Shown here piece by piece: positions 39,720 to 50,900 of a DNA stretch of 64,000 nucleotides. Source of the DNA: Mytilus trossulus (lineage: Eukaryota); assembly GCF_036588685.1 (NCBI RefSeq), contig NC_086381.1, forward strand, positions 54,002,001-54,066,000, given 5' to 3'. Below the pieces are notes generated by a model that was not told where the DNA came from, did not search any database, and saw only the letters and a program-made list of their open reading frames with translations. Within the stretch, counting starts at the first letter, position 1. Every line of letters starts with the position of its first letter. A program made the translations under genes and the position numbers.

Positions 39720-41655
39720 GTTCGATACACTGAAACTTTTTGTTTTGGTATGTTTCAGTGTTTCAACAATCTGTATGCCTAGTAAAATAAAATAAAAACA
39801 AGTTAAAAAAATACATAACACACTAAAAAAGGAAAATCAAAATCTCTAGAAAAAAAAATATGTTACGATACTATGGTCACAACTATAAAAGAAAAACGTG
39901 TGGATCTTTGCGAATTAAAGATTACATTTTCCATAAAAAAAAAAAGTTTATTTCTCGAACCAAAGAACACAATTCCCGCGAAAAAAAATCACTATTGATA
40001 AGTTCTTGCATTTATTCCTATATTGTATATCGTTCAAGACAAGCATTTCACGAGTACAAATGTCAATACACACTCAATAGATTTAATATGGTTGGTAATA
40101 TGACTTTTTAAACATGTTAAATATAAAAAGATAAGGAGATGTTGTTTGAATGCCTATGAGACAACTGTCAAAATGAAGTGAATGTAAGCAATCATAGTCA
40201 ATCGTACAGCCTTCAACATTGCAAAATTCCCGTACCGTATAGTCGAAAATAAAAAATATGAAAAGATCAAAATACAAAAAAAAAATCACTATTATAAACA
40301 AAACAAGTTACGAAAACCAAACACGACAGACATGACGACAATCATTGAACTACAGGCTCTTGACAGGCACATAACTAATGTAGCGGGTTTGAACATATGT
40401 TTCAACTCGCAGCACTCCGGGGACAGTGGTGTAAATAAATTAGCCCCATTTATGCGTGTAAAAATATAAATTCAGATTACATGTTGTTATCTTCTATTAA
40501 AAAAGATATACATATTGAAGTCTTTTCACATAAGACGAGAAATAAGACAAGAAGGAACAACTGTTGATGGCCGTACGGTGACCTATAGTTGTTAATGTCT
40601 GTGTTATTTTGGTCTCTTGTGGAGAGTTGTCTCATTGGCAATCATACCACATCTTCTTTTTTATAACTCTAACGAAAGCAGCGTACGAGACATAAATGCA
40701 ATATATAGGACAACAAAGGTTACAGGATTATCTATAATATAGGTAAGCTCTTGATTGCAAACGTTCCAAACAATCTTTTGTGAAGCTGACATTAAGAAGA
40801 CAAAAAAAAAAGAAATCGCTTAAAATACTAGTATATAAACATATATATTACCGGATGGGTACTGCTATTGAAAAAAAAAACATCTGGATATTTGTCAAAA
40901 TTAAACGAATGTTTTCGAACATGCAGTTTAAATTAAGACATTTTTGAAACAAAAACACTTGATCCAATGATTCCTATATACACGTTTTTCAGCGTATGTT
41001 TCAACCATCAATAATGTACATTAAGGACAAGCGATGTGTGTTCAACCAGAGGCCATTAAAAAGTAACCCTTACATCACAATGTGTATAAACCTGTATAAA
41101 CATAATTATAAGTCGCGATGATAAAAACAGAAAAATATTTATACGTTCGAGCAAAATATACCTCATGAATAACCTTTCGTCAAAATAATATGGTATTTAT
41201 TATTCTAACATGACGTCCTTCAAACGCTTTGAGTACATACCCGTGGTAAAATATGAATATATTGCATTGGCTGTTCCGATCGTACTCCCACGTCATATGT
41301 TTTGTTAATGAATGAAGTACCCGACGTCATAGAAATTTAAGCATTTTACGGGAAAATACACGCTTTTGATACCGAAAATCATCACAACAAGGAAACGTAA
41401 ACAAACGATGCAAAAATGTGGTATAAGCCCATTTTTTTTATATACATAGAAGGCATATTTAAGTAAGTTATCATTAAAATTCATCGAAATCTATCTTTAT
41501 AAGTTTTGTGAATAGTTTGAGCATGTCACTTATTCTGTTTTCTCCGTTCTTTTACGCCAATCTAAAAGTGCGTGAATTTATGGGAACGGCAAATAATGGC
41601 CTCCACCTAGGGCGCTTCGATCCAAAAAAGTAGCCGTATTTGTCCTATTAGAATC

Positions 41656-41814
41656 GAAATAATTCATGGGGGCTTGAATATATCTAGATTTTACCACGGG
41701 TTGTCCCTTTATGCCGATATTTTACCCCTCGCTATCGCTCAGGGTAAAATATTTGTCATAAAGGGCCAACCCGTGGTAAAATAACGATATATTCAAGCCC
41801 CCATGAATTATTTC
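41656..41814. repeat. Long imperfect palindrome (~70-bp arms, GCTATCGC in the loop)
   Basis: gaaataattcatgggggcttgaatatatc...ttttaccacgggttg / caacccgtggtaaaa...gatatattcaagcccccatgaattatttc. Confidence 0.9.
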
Positions 41815-41924
41815 TTAATTATTTTTCAAAGAAAAAAAATAATTGTATTAATTAATAGTAACATTTCGTTAAATTATTGATAGTTTGTACTTTTCAATTT
41901 GGGTAAATAAAATCATAAACTTAC

Positions 41925-41976
41925 CCTTTTCAGCCTCTGACAATACTGTCCTTACAAGTAGTGTTGTCGTTTTATA
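41925..41976 (-). promoter_or_regulatory. Putative TATA promoter and non-coding first exon of the galaxin-like gene
   Basis: - strand TATAAAA (41976-41970), Inr-like ACAGT ~27 nt downstream, then donor GG|GTAAGT at 41925/41924; the ATG exon is preceded by acceptor gtttcag at 39730. Confidence 0.55.
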
Positions 41977-42579
41977 TGTATACGAGATCCAACATTTATT
42001 AATTTTGGTTCCGTAAACAGGAAATATGTTGTATTTGTAAGATCATCATCGTCAACATCATATGTTTTAAAATAAAAAAATGATCTCAAACTTTAGCTTT
42101 CCAAAATCTTTGATTACTGAACAAGCGGTTGGAAAAAAGAGGTATTTCTAATATTCCAATAAAATGAAAATAAAAAAAAAACACTAGGAATTTGTATATA
42201 CTCAAAACTGTTAAAGGCAGTTTATTTATATAACATTTTCCTCACATAATGAAACAGTATAAAGCCGGACAAAAATATTGGTTGTGAAATACAACTATGT
42301 ATTTGTTTTATTTAAACTGTAAATAGGGCATGTAGAAAAAACGATAATAGTGAAGATAGGAGTTATCATTCTCTTATATATACTTAATTAATTGCTTAGT
42401 ACAAAATAAATTATTTGATGATGTAATTACCATGATTAAGTGTATAAAGACCTTACCAATATTTTACAGAATGGATTGTTATCGACTTATATCCTTTACG
42501 GCGAAAAAAAATCGCATTTGAAAAATAAAGTGGAGTAATTAAATGGCGAATATTTCAAAGAGTTAACAACACTACCATA

Positions 42580-43555
42580 GGGTAGAAAACAGCTGAGTGC
42601 CACATACATGTATGATTCAACACATCGATAAAATACCGCACACCGAGGCGTGCTTCAACTTGTCCCTTAATAGTATGTGCAGTAGTTCGGTGAAAATGGA
42701 CGTCACACTAATCTAAAAAATATATAGATACACTAAAAATTAAATTATACAAGACTAAACAAGTCCAGAGGCGCCTAACTTAGGACAGGTGCAAACATAT
42801 GGCGGGGTTAAACTTTGTTAGATCTCAACCCTTCTCCTTATACCCCTAGCCAAAGTAGAATAAACAAACACAGAGCAATTCGCACAGTAAATTTCATTTC
42901 AAAAGAAGTTCGAGTGCGATGTCAGAAAAGGTAACAAATGATACTAAGCAAAATGAAAATGATATATAAATCAACATAGGACATATAGAAGCTACTGACA
43001 TGCCAGCTCCAGACCTCAATTAAATTGATTTAAGATTTAATAGGTATGAAATCAAGACCAATCCTTCCCGTTCGGAATTTAGTATCACACCATCTTCAAT
43101 ATATGATAATAAAATAATCCGTATCATGTCATCATATGGTTTTAGAACGTATAGGTTAAATTCTGATGCAAAACCCCAGTTAAGAATCAATATTGATACC
43201 AAAATGGGCCATCTTTAATGCCATGACTAACAGTATCGTTTATATATATCTTATGGATAGGTCTTGTTAAAGGTTTGTTTAATTTTTTTGGTGAATGCCG
43301 ATTTTTTGTGCTTTGTATAGAACATGTACAATATTACCATACAATATTGGATGTGAATCGAACAAGTTGAGACAAATAAACTCCATAAGATGGTGACAAC
43401 GGTACATCAGCATCTGACAATAGATACTTAACAATAGGAAATGGTAAATCATGTCTTTTTTCATAAATTTTGGTTTTGAGCTTCCTGCTAAAGTCACAAC
43501 GGTATATCGTTATTTGCTGTATTGACGGTTTCATAAATTTTATCTTTGACCTGTA
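42580..43555 (-). mobile_element. Naiad family B 3' portion (RT C-terminus, 3' UTR, twister-like motif at 42774-42837)
   Basis: LKTKIYEKRHDLPFPIVKYLLSDADVPLSPSYGVYLSQLVRF matches LKTKLYDKRDDFSFPIVNFPFLSSNIPAAPAYGVYISQLIRY; UTR homologous to 2150-2460. Confidence 0.8.
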
Positions 43556-45395
43556 AATAACTAAAAGTGTTTTGTTTTTATTGTTGTTGTTTTTTATCAT
43601 AACTTTATCTCGTAAGGTTTGGTTTTATATCAATTGACTTTCAAATCAAACTATTAAAGATACACGTAAGGAGGCCCTTTAAATAATGTATCTCATTCCG
43701 TTCGAGAGTAATGCGTTGCTAAAATCTTGTATAAAAGAACATATCACCACCTGTTTTATATTCTGTTCAGTGTGTGTGTGTGTGTGTATACTAATAACGT
43801 TTTGTATTTGTTCCTACTAATATTTTTCATAAGAGACAAAATTAAAAACAACCAGTTTAAAAATTTCAGGCAAACACCAATATCTAAAATTATATGCATA
43901 GGTGACTCTCATTAAGCATGATAAGGGTATTCTTTAACAAAATACTTTTACAAACTAGATAGCATTGGCATTATAATTTTCCGTAGTTGATAATTAAACA
44001 AAAAATATAACATCAGGTAAAACAACTCTACTCAAGAGTAAAACAAAATTTAAAAATCTCCACAACAAAAAACGAAAACCTGGTCATTTGCATGTAGCCT
44101 AGTACATACACACTTATGTTTTAAATGTTCACTGCCAACAAAAGTTGAAGTTTACATTTGTGTTTTCCCTTAAAGAATGTATGTCTTATATAATTTGAAG
44201 AAAAAACAAATCTTACCATTCAACCTGTTTGAATTGAAAGCTTACTTACTAGTAAATAATCTTAGCTCTAAAAAGCCACAAATATGATTGCCATATACAT
44301 AAATAGATAGGGATGCCCTCCATTGCTAAAGTAAGTTGGAAAATTACCTATAGTATTTGAGACGAAACTGTTTACAGTACACCAAATCAAAATTATGTAT
44401 TTTCAATTTTACCAGAATTGGATACAACGAACGAAAATAATACTTTGACCATTTTGATATTCTTCGTACTGGAGTTGCGATTGATTTTCCTTTTTTTAAG
44501 TATGTGACTTGTTTGAAATAGTTTCTTAATAAATGGGAAATAACTCAAATGTGAAATTTGTGTTTATAAAGTATCTGATAAAATAAAGCTTGAGCTGCAA
44601 AAGATAACATAAGCTCTTTGGTCGGATAACTGTCTCTTACACATTCACCATTCCCATTCTCAATTTTATTGGTTAGTAGGGAACTGCATTATATATATAT
44701 AAAGAACAGCTAGTGTGATTTGCATTAAACATTAAAATTGAGAAAAAAAAGATATTTCAAGGATTACAGTTTATACGTTTTTGCTGTAATGTCGACAAAG
44801 AGTCGGTATTTTTATGGAAACTCCCTGTGCTCCCTACATGCCGACTTATTTTATAACTGTAATTTATTCTTTAATAAAGACTGTCAGGAAAGATGAAAAA
44901 AGCTAGCATTATCATGCAACTTATACAGTTTCACGTTAATATCATCTCACTCAACAATTCAAATGTGCGTGTTATGTTTGAACTTATATGTCCTTGCACT
45001 AATTTAACGGATAACACATACATTATATTAGATGGCTACCTCCTTTGGCGCCCATTAAGTTATTGGTACTGAAGGTCAATGGTTGTATCGGTTTGCATTT
45101 GACGATATATTCTTGTTTTACCTATGCAGTTTTATGTGTACAGCTTTCTTTTTTTCTTTGAAACATACCTTAACTTGTAATTTCTCGATCTAAACACAGT
45201 TTATTAAATTCTTTCGAAGCTATTATTTCCTTGCAATCATAATTGCTATATTTGTATCGTTAAACTGTTTTGTACCACGTATCGGAATTTTCTGAAATAT
45301 GTGTAAAGCGGTTCAAAGGGAGCTGACCAATTACGTTATTCCATATTATCAGATAATATAAACTAATTAAAGCGATCATATGAGTGTTAATGTGA

Positions 45396-45932
45396 GGCGA
45401 AATATACCCGAGGGACATTCAAACTCATGGATCGAAACAAAAAAAAAACTGACAACGCCTTGACTAAAGAAGAAAAAGACAATTAGACAAATAATAGTAC
45501 ACACGTCACGACATAGAAAACAAAAGACAAAGCAAAATGAACCCAACCAAAAACTGGGGAAGATATCAGGTGCTCCAGATGGGAAAGCATATCCTGCTCC
45601 ACATGTTGCACCCGTCGTGTTGCTCATGTTATTACAAACCCAGTAAATGGTTATAACGGTAGGTTCCAATCGTAAAAGTCAACGGGATTGTAGTTTCGAC
45701 ATAAGGAACATATCCGATATCATTTGTGAAACGGATATTCCATAACGGTCAACCAACTCGTGGTAGCGTCCGTAACGATTACGAAGGGATGAATTCACTA
45801 CACCATTTGGAGCACTTTGTTTAATAGCTACCTTGTGAGCAGCAACCCTCTATCAAGCAAATACAAGCCCGGGAATATCGATTGATTGATATTGAAATGT
45901 TGCTACAAAGAAATGGAAAGTTCAAAATTTGG
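45396..45932 (-). mobile_element. Diverged Naiad family A-like 3' fragment (RT end plus UTR)
   Basis: Aligns to 53300-53872 (aaggaacatatccgatatcatttgtgaaacgg..ttccataacggtcaaccaactcgtg). Confidence 0.85.
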
Positions 45933-47297
45933 TTTGCAAAGGACCCTAACTGCCATTTTAAATTTTAGTTGCAATTGGTTTTGTATATAGCTACAAGGTG
46001 TAAAGTATATTGTCGATCGCGATATGCTTCATTGGCAAACTGTAAAGCTATTTATCAACATAGTTTATACTCTTGTAGTAAAAACAATATAATGGAGTTT
46101 AAATTCTGATTCGTAAACTCAAACAAATATAAAATATTTATCAAATAATCACAAACTCTCACAAGGGAGATGCCACTTGCAGAGACAAGCTCACATTTTA
46201 TTATACATATGAGGATAATAGTGTGGAAAGTTCGTATAAATACACCTTTATTAAGCAGCTGGTACTGGTTTTCCCATAATATATAGCTAGTGGTCTACAA
46301 AATCTGAAAATAAATAATATAAATAATAACAGTATTTACTTGGTAAAATCCTACTGTACACTTTGACTGTAATGGCTCGAATGACTTTAAACTACATGAG
46401 TTCACTCGTGCATGCACTCAATATCCTAATCGAACCGACCTTACTATAATAAACCAAACTAGTGTCAACTAGAAACCAACAACATTTTTGCATGTTCGAT
46501 TTTTGTACAACTTTGATAAATACTAATTCGTAATCTCAAACGAATATTAAATATTTATCAAATAACAACAAACTCTCACATGGGAGACGCCACTTGCAGA
46601 GACAAGTGCGCTCGAACACACAAAGAACGGGAAAATAGCATTGAGTATTTATGTTAATACCCTATTTTTTTATAAACAGATAATTGTGCTTTGGAGTCTT
46701 CTCTAACGTAACCATCCTTTTCTCTGTCCGATTTAACCTGTTTTGCTTCAGAATAATCCGATCAGAAATACCGGTGTAAGCCCTGGCTCTTGTATATGTA
46801 AGACGTCTGGAACTTATGAACATTGTACTTCTTAGTGAATGTTATTCTAACTAAAAATTAACCAAGGTGTATGTCAGCATCTTACATATAGCTATTAAAA
46901 GAAGTTTATTAAGCCATTGTTTCATATCTAATAATACCAATATGTATTTCTGAAGTTCAGCCAAATAGCTTCAATAATAATCAGTAGTGCCTAAAACATT
47001 CGTTCCAGTGAATTTAATTACTACATACTTAGTGACTTAAATAATAAACGTCCAAGTGGCTTCAATAACTACAAGCCTAGTGTCTTCACCAACAACCAGC
47101 CCAATGTCTTTAATAACAACCTGTCAAGTGTCTTTAACAACAATCTGTCCAGTGTCTTCAATAACAACCTGCCAAGTGTCTTTAATTACTGCATTTCCAA
47201 GAATTTACTCACGTTTTTTTGGTACATTTCTACCTTCGTATATATCAGTACTGTTCGGCAAGACAGATATCTTGTAATGTTATACTTTTTGTTTATT

Positions 47298-47508
47298 CAG
47301 TACTGATTTTGACAGTACTGTTTCAGTACTGATTTCAACAGTAGTGTTTTAGTACTGATTTTGACAGTACTGTTTCAGTTCTGATTTTGTCAGTACTGTT
47401 TCAGTACTGATTTTGACAGTACTGTTTCAGTTCTGATTTGGCAGTACTGTTTCAGTACTGGTTTTTTGACAGTACTGTTTCAGTGCTGATTTCGTCAGTA
47501 CTGTTTCA
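47298..47508. repeat. 26-bp minisatellite built on the palindrome CAGTACTG
   Basis: About 8 units of CAGTACTGATTTTGACAGTACTGTTT. Confidence 0.9.
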
Positions 47509-47599
47509 ATTCAACACTAATTAAATCAGTTCTATATCTGTAGGGAATGTTTCATTACTGTTGAACATATAAACATTGATTGAGTTAGTTTCAGAAAAA

Positions 47600-47667
47600 G
47601 GGAGAAGGTTTGGGCCCATTAAAACGTTTAATCCCGCTGCAAATGTTTGCACCTGTCCTAAGTCAGG
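47600..47667 (+). ncRNA. Putative twister ribozyme, type-P5 permutation (best-preserved copy)
   Basis: GGGA(P2) GA AGG(T1) ... U^AA UCCC(P2) GC(T2) UGCAAA/UUUGCA(P3) CCU GU CCU(T1) AA GU(T2) C AGG(P4); all twister core elements except a conventional P1. Confidence 0.7.
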
Positions 47668-47932
47668 AATCTGATGTACAGTAGTTGTCGTTTGTTTATG
47701 TAATATATACGTATTTCTCGTTTCTCGTTTTGTTTATATAGATTAGACCGTTGGTTTTCCCGTTTAAATGGTTTTACACTAGTAATTTTGGGGCCCTTTA
47801 TAGCTTGTTGTTCGGTGTGAGCCAAGGCTCCGTGTTGAAGGCCGTACTTTAACCTATAATGGTTTAATTTTTAAATTGTTATTTGGATGGAGAGTTGTCT
47901 CATTGGCACTCACACCACATCTTCCTATATCT
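47600..47932 (+). mobile_element. Probable 5'-truncated retroelement 3' end beginning at the twister motif
   Basis: Ends in ggatggagagttgtctcattggcactcacaccacatcttcctatatct; a shorter copy is at 33995-34196. Confidence 0.7.
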
Positions 47933-50900
47933 ATGTACCTCCTCTTTTCAGTGCATTTACTAATAGATCACTGTGTTCATAAAAAAGATGTCCTCTCTTT
48001 AAGTACGTAAATAAGCATCTTTTTTAAGGTTTTATTTGTTTCTATTTCAGGTAAAATTTAGTTTATTTACCTTACCTTAAAATTAGTTACAATGTTTACA
48101 TTTGAATGCATACAGTGATGCCTATTTAAAAGGTCGTAGGTTGTTTTGTATTTTTGGGGTGGGTTAATTGTTCTCTTTGGACACTTACCCCATTTCCATT
48201 CAATTTCTATATCGTGACATGTTGATGTCTTCAACGACAACCTGCCCAGTGTCTTCAACAATTACCAGCCCATTGTTCTCAACACCAATCAGCCCAGAGT
48301 CCTCAACAACAACCATTCAAATGTCTTCTATGAGTCCAGTGTCTTCAAGAACTACCAGCCAAGTGTCTTCAATAACAACCTAACCAGTGGCTTCAACAAC
48401 AACTAGACCAGTCCCTTCCAGTCTCTTCAACAACTACCAGCCAAGTGTCCTCAACAACAACCAGCACAGGGTCTCCAACAACAACCAGCTGAGAATCTTC
48501 ACTAACTACAAGCTCAGTGTCTTCAATAACAACATGCCCAGTGGCTTCAATACCAAATTTCCCAGTGGCGTCTATACTAACCTGCCCATTGGCGTTTTTA
48601 CCCACCTTTTAAGTAGCGTCAATAACAACATGCCTAGTGACATCAATAATGATCTGCCTAGTGTCTCAAATAACTATAACTATTCAGCCCAGTGGCTTTA
48701 AAAATGACATGCCAAGTGGCTTCAACAAAATTAACAACAACCTGTCAAGTGGCTTCAACAACAAACTGCTCAGTTGCTTCAAAAACAACCCGCCCAGTGG
48801 ATTCAACAACAACCTGTACAGTGGCTTCAATACCAACCTGCTCAGTGGGGTCTTTACCAACCTGCCTAGTAACTTAAATAACTATAGCTTACAAGTCAGT
48901 GGTTATAATTACGACAATCTAAGTGGTTTCAACAACAACCAGCCACGTGTCTTCAACATCATGATGTCCACTGGCGTCCATAACAACCTGCACAGTGTCT
49001 CCAATAACAACCTGCCCAGTGGCTTCAATAACAAGATGTCCAGTGTCTTTCATACCAACCTGACCAGTGGTGTCTATACCAACCTGCCCAGTGGCGTCAA
49101 TAAAACATGCCCAGTGGCCTAAATAACTATCAGCCCAGTAGCTTTAATTACGAACTGCCCAATGGCGTCAAAAACAACATGCCCAGTGGCTTCAATAACA
49201 ACCAGCCTAGTGGCCTTAATACCAGTCTAGTGGCGTCTATACAAACCTGCCCTTTGGCATCAATAACAACATGCTCAGACGATTCATGTTGTTATTGATG
49301 CCCAGTAACTTAATTACTATAGCTATCAGCCCAGTGGCTTTAATTTCGACAATCCAAGTGGTTTATATAACAACCAGCCACGTGTATTCAACATCATGCT
49401 GCCCACTGGCGTCAATAACAACTTGCCCAGTGACTTTAATAACAATCTACCCAGTGGCTTCAATAACAACCTTCTTAGTGGCTTCCATACTAACCTGCCC
49501 AGTGGCTTCCATACCAACCTGCCCAGTGGCTTAAATAACTATCAGTCATGTGCATTTAATCACAACATGCCCAGTGGCTTTAACAACAACCAGCACAGTT
49601 GTCTTCAACAACATCCGCCCCACTGGCGTCAATAATAACCTGCCCAGTGGCGTCAATAGCAACATGCCCGGTGGCTTAAATAACTATCAGCCCAGTGGCT
49701 TTAATTACGACTTGCCCAATGTCTTCAATAACAACATGCCTAGTAGCCTCAACTACAACCTGCCCAGTTGCGTCAATAACAACCTGTCCATTGGCGTCAA
49801 TAACAACCAGTTCAGTGGCTTCAACCAAAACTTGCCCAGTAGCTTCAATAAAAACATGCCCAGCGTTTTAAATAACTATCAGCACTGTGGCTTTAATTAC
49901 GACTTGCTGAGTGGCTCCACTAACAACTAGTCCAGCGGCATCAATGACATCCAACCAGTGACTTTGACTTCCTTAACAACCTGCCTAAGTGGCTTTAATA
50001 ACTATCAGTCATTTGCCTTCAATTTACAATATGCCAAGTGACCTCAATAACAAGCAGTTAGATGGCTTCAATAACAATCAACCCAGTGACTTCAATTACA
50101 AACAGTCAAGTGGCTATGATAAAAATGAGCACATTGGCTTCGATAATAACCAGTCAATTAGCATCAATGACAATCAGTCAGGTGCACTAGGTTTCAATAT
50201 TAACCAACACATGCACTAGATTTAACCATCAAAGAGCCAAGTGATTAAGACAAATAGTTACTCAGAAAGTACTCAATCCTAAAGAAATCTTCTAGTATCA
50301 ATCCCAGTGGTAATTAACAATGATTAAGCAACAATAATCAAACAAACTCTTAGTAACTGTATTATAATTTAGCTACAGTTCATAATACTATACATTATAT
50401 CATCTGCGCATGTCAGATTGTTATTTACCCTTTTTTAACCTTTTTAACAGTTAGTAATCATTAAAATCTGATGTATTACTGGATACCACCAAAAGAAGAA
50501 CTGAATTATTTATTCCCAAACTAGTTTAACTACACGTAGGTTAAAAAAAGTGACGCCCTTTTTTTTCGATCTTTGTACCGAAACAGTGAGTGAATTAATT
50601 ACACTAAAATATGTACTATATAAGATACAGATACAAATGTATTTCAAATATTAAACTCTGAACAAGGATAAAAAAATAAATAATTATAGTCTACACAATT
50701 CCTTACTCTGAATTAGTTTCTAAAACAATTGCAGCATTATTATATAGTTCTTGTTAAATATAACAGTATAACTGGTAAAACCGGGATCAACGGGATAGAA
50801 TAACTATTATCAATCATGTCTAAACAAATGAATTATCTTTCAAATAATTATATGGTCTTCTCATTTACCTAAACCGATTACGGAGAGGGATTCTTTTTCA

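Larger units (their letters stand above)
46952..50219 (+). pseudogene. Asn-rich 24-bp (NNNLPSGF) coding-type tandem array with frame disruptions; blocks ~46952-47200 and ~48225-50219
   Basis: Unit AACAACAACCTGCCCAGTGGCTTC with codon-like variation and higher-order NYQPSGFNYDLP blocks; broken into several ORFs by stops and frameshifts. Confidence 0.6.

Noticed and set aside
44215-44330. Possible - strand exon(s) with GTAAGT/GTAAGA donors
   Set aside because: No convincing frame or partner exon found
47298-47508. CRISPR-like array
   Set aside because: Spacers are 3-7 nt and not unique; eukaryotic context; no cas genes
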